The position numbers and the translations under genes are program-made. The notes beneath the pieces were generated by a model. It was not told the DNA's origin. It saw only the letters and a list, made by a program, of their open reading frames with translations, and ran no database searches. Positions 1-11,500 of a DNA stretch of 64,000 bases are shown here, one piece after another; the first letter of the stretch is position 1; each line of letters starts with the position of its first letter. The DNA comes from Obrimoposthia wandeli. Its lineage: Eukaryota. The stretch lies in assembly GCA_977020255.1 (NCBI GenBank), contig CDROCS010000152.1, positions 868,001 to 932,000 of the forward strand, read 5' to 3'.

Positions 1-60
1 TTTTAAAGAACACTATGTTGTTTGGTTTGTCAAAAAAACTCACATTTTTTTCTGGCGCTC

Positions 61-286
61 GGACCCACTAGGGTCCTTTATTAAACTAAGGATCCCATCC
101 AAAATTTGGATAAAAGTGGTATCGTGTGCAGCAAAAAGTCGAGTCGTATCTACAAGGGGTAGTACCATCACATCTCACAGTTGGACATACACAGAGTTTG
201 TTATTAGGTGGCCCCACAGGGCTATGACCCGCTGTTAAATATGTAAGTAAATTTGGATAAAGGTGGTATCGTGTGTAGCAAAAAGT
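61..286. repeat. 38-bp imperfect direct repeat (102-139 / 249-286) next to a short hairpin (61-76)
   Basis: aaatttggataaa(a/g)gtggtatcgtgtg(c/t)agcaaaaagt occurs twice with 2 mismatches; GGACCC-acta-GGGTCC stem. Confidence 0.8.
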
Positions 287-609
287 AATATGTTTGGAAG
301 AAATAGAAGAATATATACAATACTATTTTTCATATTCGTGTTCAGCAGGACAATATCTATCCTTTGGGACGTACCTCTGACACCCTTAGATACTCGTTTT
401 TCGGTAGTAAAGTTAGGAGTAGAAAGTTACATAGTTTAATTTTTTTGTTGTAAATAGAAAATAAGAATTTATATTTTGATCAAAAATCTTTTATTTTATT
501 TCAAAAGGTAATTATTTATATTTAACTTTTTAAATTATATTAATAATTTTTAAACTCCTTTATAAGAATTTCAGAAAAAAAGAAAAGAAAATAGGAATCC
601 AGTTCCAGC

Positions 610-2092
610 AGTTCCAGCAGACCGTATGAAGATTGGTGGACCGATAAACATGGAATGATAAAAAACGAGAAAAATGCAATGTGTGTGTTATACGGCAGCA
701 CAGTAGTTTGCAGAACAATTTCGGTTAAACGTCATTGTGAAACTAATCACTCATTCTTTCTATCTAAATGTAATTCAGAACAAAAAGAATGTATTTAAAA
801 AGAACAAATTATAAACAGAAATTTGCAATTGGCTTCATTCGCCGCTAGATACATCAAAAAGTGTCAATTACAACCAATGGAGCCTCCTCAATGATAGGCC
901 GACAAGCTGGTTTTGCATCGCTTTTCTAAGAACACATTGAGCATCCAATTATTAATTTTAACTGCATTATTTATCAACATCTTCTATGCGCGAAATCTGG
1001 ATTAACATTTGAAGATATTTTAAGTGTTATAACCAACAACAAAATATTATAGCAGCCTGAGCTTTAAATAAGAGGCAATTTGAGTTGCTCTTAAAAGAAG
1101 TTGGTCCAAACTACCGTGGGCTACTATTGTGCAATAATGTATGTTGACTTAGTCGCGATCTTGTGTTACAACGTTTTGTAGAATGTTCTGACAAAATTGT
1201 AATGTTCGTCAATGATTAAAAAAACTGAATTTCCTCAAATTTTAGACACGAACTGGATCACAATATTAATGTTTTTGACAGATATTTGCAACCACTTAAA
1301 TGAATTAAATATTAAGGCAAGGGAAACTCAATTGGTGTAATGTTCGATATTATTAAAGGATTTAAGGATAAGCGAGTAATATTTATGCGTGATATTGACA
1401 ATAATACTTTTAAGTATTTTCCTTTGCTACGAAGTCATTTCCAAAATAGTCCATTCATGAAGATTTTGATAATCATAATATAATTTTACATAGTCAAGTC
1501 GTAAGTGCCATACAGAAAGTTTCACGCAGAGATTAAAATATTTCAAAATATTTGAACCGCTAATTAGTTTTATTGAATGATATGGAAATGGAGTTAGCAG
1601 AGTTTCAATCTAGCTTTATTTAGGAACAGAAATTTATGGTTTAAAGGTTAGAAATAGAAAACAGTGACAGAAAAAGGTCACATGAAGAAGAATACGAAAA
1701 TATTGATAATACTTTATTGAAGACATTGAATTAACTCCTAGACATATTTGAAGTAATGAAGAAACTTGCTTTTGCAATTTTATTAATATTTACGTCCACG
1801 TATATCTGTGCAAGTTTGTTTACAATAATGAATCCCATAAAATCAGATGTACGTAACATACTTTCTGATGAAGCCGATGAAGCTTGTATTTCTTTAAAAA
1901 CGACTAATTTCAATCTATATATTGACGCATTATCAACAACAACAAAAAATAAATAATATATCAGTTAATAATATGTATATAATATCAATAAATGTAAAGG
2001 TATCTATAGATTTTTCATTAAAGCACGCATGTATTGCCATTGCTCATAAAAATATTATTGGCACACAGTCCGAAAAAGATTCGCCATCCCTG
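610..2092 (+). mobile_element. Decayed hAT transposon (Charlie/SPIN/GTF2IRD2-like transposase)
   Basis: BED-finger remnant (..CVLYGSTVVCRTISVKRHCETNH), LSRDLVLQRF (cf. WLSRG), FLTDICNHLNELN, and C-terminal dimerization motif FTSTYICASLF..KSDVRN (ORF 1756-1956). TIR-like end ttcgccatccctg at 2092. Many stops and frameshifts. Confidence 0.85.
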
Positions 2093-3112
2093 GTATAGTT
2101 CTAAAATATTTAATAAAAATTTTGAAAATTTAGTCGAATTTTAAAAAGCTAAAACTTTTACAATTTATTTAATTAATTACTTGGAAATTTTATTGAAAAG
2201 GATGGCGTTAAATTTTTGAAACATATTAGTTACAATAGACAATCATATAGACCCTCCCACACAGGCCTAAGCATCATGTAGCTTTCAAAATTATCCCAAA
2301 AAAGACTGGTATACAACTCACAAAAAGAATTAAGATAAAGTTTCCCGAATTTGATTTTTTGTAACGATTCATTTAATTGAAATAATTTGTGATCATTTTT
2401 CATTAATTTTCATTATTATTGAAATTCCACTCATTTTTAACTGTTAAATCAATTTAAATCTATTAATTGTAATTTCTTTCAATATAACAATAACAAAAAA
2501 TACAATAATATTTTTATTATTTTCTAAAAAATCTACTCAAAAGAACTTCCTATTTTATATTATTCATCAAAATATTTTCTGAATAATAGTCTTCGGCTAC
2601 TTCTTGAATTTTCCAACATTGTTACAGTTCTTGAAATTCATTAATTTATTGTTGTAGAGATTCGATGATTAATTTCAAATATCTCATCACTCTATTTATT
2701 ATTTGAGAAATTCTTAACCAATTTGTAGTTATCAACGTTGATTCTAAGAAGACCAGATTCGATGTTTGTAACTATTGCTTACTGGCATTTCCAAACCTAA
2801 ATATATACCTTCTCAGATTTATGGAAAAGTTGATAACAGTTAGTTTTAACATTATGCATTCATTGATTTCTGAAATGTTCATTCAGAATCTGATTGTATC
2901 TACTAAAAGCCATTGGAAGTTTTTTAAATATATTCTTCGCTGTACTATCACACTAAATAACAAACTTTTACATGTCACTAAACAAACAAAATTTACTGCT
3001 ACAGACTGCACTGACTCACAAAATCAAACTTAGAGACTGAAAATCATATAATTTATGGCTCTTTATATAGCCATACCCACACACCCTATTTCAACAGCTT
3101 GTACACAAGCAC

Positions 3113-3168
3113 TTAAAGTGGACTTTCGGCCTTAATTGGCCAATCCCTTCTCGCCAGCAACAATGGTG
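3113..3168 (-). CDS. Possible terminal protocadherin exon 8 (APLLLARRDWPIKAESPL*)
   Basis: Phase-1 acceptor gtgattcag|CA is compatible with the donor at 5365. Short and only moderately GC-rich; could be chance. Confidence 0.2.
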
Positions 3169-4489
3169 CTGAATCACGTTATAAAACGAACGTAAAGTAC
3201 ATTTCCTAATTTTGCTTTCAAACAATATATAACAATATATGTGAAGTAAAATCTTAAAATAAATCTTCGCTTGCAATTAGGTTGGAAATTATCAAAATTA
3301 GACACTGCAATCGGATATGATGGCAATTTGAAACTAAAACGTGCCTTATTTCTTCATCAAGAAATCTAGTCTGACCTTATACAATCTCAATAATTATTCC
3401 TATCAAGCAAAGTTTCTATAAATAGTTCAATTAAAAAGTTTTCGAAGTTAGAAAACTACTAGAAAATCCATGTACTTAAAGTGCTTGTACCAACCCGTTT
3501 TATTGTTTTAAACGTATGCAGTGTTTTGTGTCAAACTAAATATATCAAATAACCCTTTGAAGTTCACTAAATTAATTGTAAACGAAGCCCAATATAATCT
3601 TTTAAGTTTAAATGCAAAATATAAATTTATATGAAACAATCTAATCTCAGAAAGATTTTCTTGAAATCAACTTTCTAATTTACATACATAATTTTCAATC
3701 TATGACAAAATTTAACTTTTTACTTTCCGTTGAAAAGAATTTAAGAAATCTATAGTCAGATTTCTGAGATAGAAACTTAAAATAATTCATTTAAAAGAGT
3801 AAAATAAATTTAATTTTATGACAATTTTAGAATTATAATATCCATATCTACTCAACAAAACTTTAGCTTTATTTACCTTCACAAACAAATTTAGAACTTA
3901 TTAGGCATGTATTTGGGTTTTTAGTTTATTAGTAGGTCATTTGTCAAGATTATTTAAATATCATTATTTACATGACATTAATTTTGACATTTTAACTTTG
4001 ATACAGTTTGTGTTGTCAATTTAGAGTTACAGAGAATTTTTCAAGTATGGGTATTTTGATAAAGATTTCATTTCGAGAATATATGAAATTTGAGTTTATT
4101 TTGTAGATATCCGGATTGGCCGTGTTCCTCAAAGAATTAATAAAGAAATTGACAATTATTTATCTGGATGTGGTTTTCTAGCATTATAGCATTATAGCAT
4201 TATATGGACAAAGAGTTTAAAAGGTACAACACAATTTCGCCACTAGAAAATATCATTGCAAAAACCTATATATACTTATATTTTGCTAGAAAACTACATC
4301 CGGATATTAAAATGTAAATTTCTTCATTAGATATGTTCAAAAAATAAGGATCAGGTTAGCACAATCATTTTAAGCATAGGGAATTTCTAGTGGTTTAATA
4401 AATTCTGAGACATAAATTAAATATATTAACCCAAAACTCAAATAAAATGACATGAATTCTTGATAATCTACTTTTGAATTTTTGGTGAT

Positions 4490-5160
4490 TTTCGTAATTA
4501 GATATTGAACACATTTTTATCATCTATCAGGAAGAAGTTGGCCGACCGTTTGAAAAACTTCAAAAGGTTCTGAGTCAAACCAGGCATTGAGATCTTCAGT
4601 TACTTTATTAGAATTTTGTAAATTTCTTTGACATATTGAAGTTTTTATAGGATAAAACAAATATAAATCAAAGCGGACTGAGTGCGTTGTATACGGAGGA
4701 TGATGAAGTTTAAACTGAAAAAAATATCCATTAGTAAGAACCATTTGAAATCCTAAAGATGGATATATTTATGCTTTTGCAGTTAAGAGTTCACCTTCTT
4801 CTTCAACTACTATTTCCAATTGCTCTATCGTCGTCCCAACAAATCTAAACCCTCATCCATTGTGATGCAATGACTCAGAACGTAACTATGTTGATATAAC
4901 AACTCGTCGTTATTTTTATTGTTCATTGACTTATGAGAAAAACCCATATTGTCTAAATACATTTTACACATTTCTAAAAGCTTTCTTCACACCGTTCAAT
5001 AACATTGATCAATCCAAATCTTGAATATTCTTGAAAAATATGTGGCATAACCATTTCCTAGTTCCTCATTTGACTCTTTCATAATTTCAGTGGTAGTCAA
5101 CTTTCTCATTGAGCAATAACAAATGAGTTTTCTGATATCTGAATTCCACTTTAAAAATAT
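4490..5160 (-). mobile_element. Decayed mariner transposase fragment
   Basis: CITMDEG (cf. IVTGDEK) and HHPPYTTHSVRFDLYLF (cf. HPPYSPDLAPSDYHLF), then LNAWFDSEPFEVFQ..LPDR; ORF 4520-4744. Confidence 0.8.
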
Positions 5161-5350
5161 TGACAATATCGAATTAATGATTTAACGTTTTAATAAGTTG
5201 TCTTTCAAAATAAAGATTTATTGGGAAGATAATTTTACAGGGATTCTAATCTTGTTTGAATTTGTACTTTTGGTATATTTAAAATGCTATCAGCTATTTT
5301 CTAGGCCTATAGTGCGCACTTTTATGATTTAATGAAAAATTTGGACATTT

Positions 5351-5580
5351 TTAAGTTATGTTACCTACTAGTGAAATACACAAGCTAGACTTTTGAAATG
5401 TTTCAGGAGACATACTTGTACGAGGAATGACTTCAATGTGGGGAGCAAGCGTCGTGAGGTCAGTGACGAGAAGACGGCTCTCGGCACTCTCTCCATGACC
5501 TGAATCTGAGTTTGATACGGCAGTTGTGGAGCCCTCCACCGTGGGACTGCAGTTAGCAGCATTGCCAATGCCTACAGTGC
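5351..5580 (-). CDS. Protocadherin cytoplasmic exon 7
   Basis: Acceptor ccccttacag|GC (phase 1); contains DSGHGES, like the delta-protocadherin DSGHGDS motif. Ends at TAA 5351-5353 or splices at GTAG|gtaaca (last exon base 5365). Confidence 0.8.
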
Positions 5581-8500
5581 CTGTAAGGGGTCCATTGAAT
5601 GTTGAAATTCAAACCTCAAATTCCAAATACCACAAATATCGACGTATCGGGAGGATTCTACATTTATATACCTACATCATAATATCGTTCGGTTCAGATT
5701 GTCCGAGAAAGTGGTTTTCCGATTTTTCTGTAACCATTCGAAGCGTCAGATTTGGAACAAATAAAAGCGATTATGTGTATATCTGTCCATTCTTTGATGG
5801 TAGAGTGGTACAGTATAATATAATGTAAATGAACATGATTATCCACAAAGAAATATTGCTCAAAACATGCGATAATTATGCATCAGTCATCTAGTCGGGT
5901 AAAAATTTAAAGAAAAATCGAACGGAACAATTTTTTTATAATATTTCACTAGAAACTTAATATTCTGACTGGGTGCTAAATTTATGCAGTAAAATTAAAA
6001 TGAATTAAAATTTGGCAAAAAAATATTTTATACAGTTTTTTTTTGCGTTTTCCTTATTTTAACTTAATTTAAATTTTATACTGTTATGTAACGTAATTTT
6101 GCCAAATAGTGCAAAATCATTTTGTTATTTCGTTTCTGCGTTACGTTACTAATAACTTTTAAATCACTTCTAAATAGTATTTCTAAAATAAAAATTCAAA
6201 TTTTATTGCTTCTTTACAATATACAAAAATATCAATTAATGTTTATATTTATACAATAAAATTATTTTAAATTTATAAAACTTTGTTATAATTTTTATCA
6301 GTTTATCTACATTGAGTTAAAAGTTAATGTACAAACTATATATTAATTAATTAAATTATTTGAAAAAACTTTATTTCAATTTATATAATTAGGATAATGA
6401 TTAAGTTTAATAATTTTTCTTATAATAATATGAATTAAATTATAAAATAGTTCATTATAAAATAAATATCAGAAATAATTATTAAAATTTAGCTTACACT
6501 GCTTATTTTTATAAATTATAGTTAAGATTATATTACGTAGAAAACAAATTATAATAAATTAATTAATAAAACGTAATCATATGTTTATATATAAACTACA
6601 GTTTATGTATTTACAACAATAATATTTATTTGAATTCTTATTAAACTCTATTTGTAATTTTAAAAGGTTCGAACAAATTAATAAAAATAAAAGTAGTACA
6701 TTAATATCTTTTCATTTAATGCAAATAATAAAAATTATACAGAAGTTCTTATTACTGTTATTAAGATAATTTTATTGAATGAATATATTATACAGAAGTT
6801 CTTATTACTGTTATTAAGATAATTTTATTGAATGAATATATTTAATTGACCATTTCGAGTCAAAAATATTCCCTGTTAGTTAAAAAACACGGATAAACTG
6901 ATAAATTCGTTTAGTAATATTTAATAGTATTATAGGTTCTACCGTAAAAAAACTGTGGTTTGGAATTCTTTGGAAAATTTCTTATAATTTGTTAACTAAT
7001 TTCATATGAAATATTCAGTAATCAATTATATTTTCTAAGTTATACACAATACAGTGTACAAAAGACGATTTTTATGATTGCATCCCTTAGTCGTTTCAAA
7101 AGACTGTTTATGCTTGAGACAAGTTCAGTTTTTATGAAAAAAATTCAAGAAAGAAGAAAGAGAAAGTTCTGAAATGAAAGAAGGTAGCCGATAGAGGAAA
7201 GTGAAAAGCACAATGACAATGTTGATCTGGTTAAAGCTCTGATTGACTAAAATATTGCCCAACCCAACACAATGCAGATTTTAATAACTGAATAGCAAAT
7301 GGTACTACACAAAATGGGTCACACGCCAACTTTCTGACATAGAGGAGGTTCGAAGGGTCGATAGATGTGAGAACCTGCTCGAAGCATTATCACCGAGACT
7401 TTGTCGTTTTAATCTAATCGCAATTGTTGAGAAATGATACTTGATAGGACATTTTGAGCCAAGAAATACGATTGGTTGTTGGTTGACACCCGGTGGCGAC
7501 AATGCCAATTCTTCAGCTTGAGAAGATAATGCAAGACCCAATCAGCCGAGAACTACCTTGGCGTGTCTACAAGAAAAGAACATCTACCTCATTAAACATC
7601 CAACTTATTCTCCAGACTGAAATTTAAGTGGTCGGTATTTCTTTCGAAGACTTGAACCGAAATAAAAGGCCTTTAATAGTGTCAAAGAAGACATTGGTGA
7701 GTAATTGTATACTGACAAAAGAAGGATATCAGATTTGAAAGATTGGCAAAAAGAAGCGTTGTTTATTTTTGAAAAATAAATAAATTCTTGAAACCATTTT
7801 ATGGTACCGTTGGTAAAATATGCATAATATGGGGTTAGTTATATTTTTAATAATACATTTTAATATTTATCAATTTATAACTGTTTTTATTAGATACATA
7901 ATGGTTTTTTTAATCATGTCTGGCATTAAAATCCTACATATTCGCCGTACAGGGAAAATAAAATGCAAAGCAAATGTGCACACGTTCCTAAAATTGATGT
8001 AAGTCTAAATTATCACAAAGATCATTCAATTTGGTATAGATTCTTCTGGTCAGATTTTTTAATCAGAATTGGCTGGCCAATCTAGGACATTTGTTACCAG
8101 TAGAATCAAACCAACCTTTACTATATAAGGCTATGTCAGCTGGTGCATTGTCTCGTAGAAATAAGTTTGTGAAACCTTTGACAAAAATTAGCAAATACCT
8201 GAGCCCAGTGTTTTGATTTCAATTGTTTTTTCTGTTTGTATATCGTGAATATAGTTTTGAATCCATAGAGGCCATCAATATTAAACCGTTTCTCTTCAAA
8301 AATACCATAGTGTTTAACTTATCGACATTCATATTTTTTTCATTGAGTAAATCATCGGTTGTCATAACAGGAGTATACTTGAAATCCGGGCAATTTTAAT
8401 AAAATTAAAAAAGATTTTGTAATACAAATTTCATTGCTAAATACAAGGCAAATATATTATAACAAACAAAATAAAGTAATCCAGTTAATGTAGAAGACTT

Positions 8501-11500
8501 TCTACACCATGATTTTTTAACTTTTTTCAAGGCATCAACAATACCAGGCATCATGTTTGTAATCACTTCCTTGTCAATCTGGCCCAAGCAACGTTTTGTG
8601 CGTTGCTTAAGTTGCCGATGAGTTTCAGCCTTCCATCCATTCTAAAGCACCTTATATTTAATCAATCCCCAGAAATCCTCTATTGGTCTTAGTTGCCAAA
8701 CATTAGGAGGGTTGTTTTCTTTAACCACCACTTTGATTTCAAACTCTGCAAAAGTGTACATTGTCAGTCGTGTATAACACGCACATGCAAAATCAGGCAA
8801 AAACTAATAATGATCATCACTGTGGTATTGTTGAATTAACGGAATCAGCCTCTCAGTTATGCAGCTTTTGAATAAAATTTGTTATTGACTGCAAATCCTG
8901 ATCTTTGAAAGAAAAGCTCAAAGATTTCTTGTTTACTGATGGCCACCTAAACAAGCACCTTATTTTAATATTTTTAGTGTCAGAAAATCTGAGATTTTCA
9001 GGAGCATCACCATGAGCAGTAGCATAGTAATAATAACCAGGTAATTTATAAAATCTGAGTGTAAAATACGACTCGTCATCCATTATAATAGAGGGGGATT
9101 CATCTTTTATTAGCTGCAAAAAAAGGTTTCGAGGTTCTTACTTTGTGAACTTCTCTCTGGTTTTAAGTGGTATATGGACAATTTTTTTTTTGAATGCATA
9201 TACTTCTTTGCATATTTTTTTTACATAAGTAATATGAAATTCATACTTGGATGCTAATTCGCGCATTGACAAACAGCCTGACTGTATCTCTTTCAACAGA
9301 TTCTTGACTTTTCTATCATTCATCTTCTCACCTACTTTGCCCGATCTTTGTGCCCTCTCAGATAAATTTCATTCTTTGAAGCGGTTAAGCACATCGTAGA
9401 CAGTTTGTCTTGAAATCCCGAGTTCTTTGACGTAGACAGCAACTGTATTGAATGATTCATCAGGATGAGATACGTGGTAATGTATTATTACATATCTTTG
9501 TTGTTAATTTAAATTCACCATTTTACGCGATAAATCGATAAGTTGATTAAAATGATTCGTTAAAACAAAAGTTTTTTTAATATTTATAATTTTTAACGTG
9601 TCTCTCAAATTTCAAGATGATCTATCAAACTGTCAGATTTTTAACCCGATATATAGATTTCAAGTAAACATCCGTTAATAAAATATCCCATTTCTTAATA
9701 CACTTTATTATAAATTTAATAAACTACGTCAAGTAGCCATACACAAATGTCGTAATATAGTCCTATTTATGTTATTGAATGGGAACGTGATATAAATGCT
9801 TTTACCTTATCCAATAAGCATTAATAAATCAAAGGTTTTAAAAATCTGAATAAAAATTTAATAAAAATGTATTATTTGGTATTTTAATGTCGCAAAACTA
9901 TATAAATAGAATAGTGAAAACAGTAAAAATAACTTATATTATATAAACGATCTTTTTACTCTATTATAGAGAAATGCCAAGTTGAAACTAATTTGTTCAG
10001 ATTTTAATGTTGTTTTTATCGATTTTTTTTCATTCTCCTGATATTACAGTTTTAGTTCTACAATGTTGTAAATATCGTCTATATCGTATCTTTACAGAAT
10101 TTCAATATTACAGTTTGTAACATTGTTAGATTAAAGAAAATTTCATAAGATAAATGAAATAATTATTTATATTAAAAAAATTAAACCTCAAAATCAAAGG
10201 TCAAAATGATTTTAAATAGAAAACTAAAAATAAACATAAATTGATGTTAGAATAAAATATAGAATAAAAATAATTTAGGACCTTGGAGAGGTCGTGGAAA
10301 AATGTGTGTGGAATGAGTAGAACAGTGCGAGAAGGAGTCGAGGAAGATAAATCTAGTGGGGGAGGATGAATGGATTTCGGAAAGGAAGTTGAAAAGTATT
10401 CAAATAGGAAGAAGAGGAATCCATCAGTTTCCGAAAAAGAACTCAGACCCCATTATTTAGAATCTATTAGTTTGCGAAGAAGCACTCAGACAGGAATACT
10501 TCGAGACGCAGCCGCAATTTTCCATCTTCAGAGGCCGCGAGAAGTGAGAGGTGAGTAACTTTGATATATAAAAAGAAATTAAATCTCAATTATTGCAGAA
10601 AAATATCAGAATAGCAGAAAAATTAGGAACTACAGATATTCAAATTAGCAAATTCGGAACTACAGATTTTCAAATTAGCAAATTCGGAACTACAGATATT
10701 CAAGTTAATAATTGTGGAACTACATATATTCAAATTAGAAACTTCTGAACTACAGATATACATATTAGCAAATTCGGAACTACAGATATTCAAATAAGTA
10801 AATTCGAAACTACGGATATTTAAATTGAACTGATGAGCAAAAACACTACTTACACAAAGTACATTTTTGAGTAAAGACGAATTGAATTTTAAGTACATTT
10901 TGAATAAAACACGATTTGAAAAGTTAAATACGGTTCAAGTAAAATATATTGAATTTTAAGTACATTTTGAGTAAAACGATGTTATTGAATTAGTCGGCAA
11001 TAACATATTAAATTAAAGAGTTAGATAAACTGGTAGAAAGGCACGGAGAATAATTTGAAGTGTGATTATAGCAGGATGCGTATAAAGGTATACACATAAA
11101 AAGTATCAATTATATTGTGTATTCTGTAATTAGTTTAGGAAGTTTTAAGTGTGCTAAGTTAAATATAGTTATTTTAGCAAAATCGATAGAAGATTCATTC
11201 CGAGTTAAATTCTTTGTGAAATTCGTGTGCTCCCTAACATATAGATTAGCCGAGGGACAACCAACGAGACAATATTCCACGTGCTGACAGTTTCAGAGGA
11301 GTATTGTCTACGTCGATTGGTACCGGCTATGTTTCATCGATATTAGGTTTTGGTGTTGCCAGACCATTCCGACATAAAAGCTAACTCAGTTGATAAACTA
11401 TCCACCCTGCGTTACATTACACCAAACTAGCTTTGGGGCCCTACTAGCTATTCTGTGAACACACCACAAAACAATAAGACACAAAACCTTCAGATTGAGA

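Noticed and set aside
2330-3400. Decayed host gene (Walker-A-like GRKSTL, hydrophobic stretches)
   Set aside because: All frames are full of stops and I could not match any family.
10621-10830. CRISPR array
   Set aside because: The 30-bp units are contiguous with no unique spacers, there are no cas genes, and the context is eukaryotic.
10623-10898. 91-aa repeat protein (LNICSSEFAN)n
   Set aside because: The frame is open only because the repeat unit is a multiple of 3 and stop-free on that strand; there is no splice or gene context.
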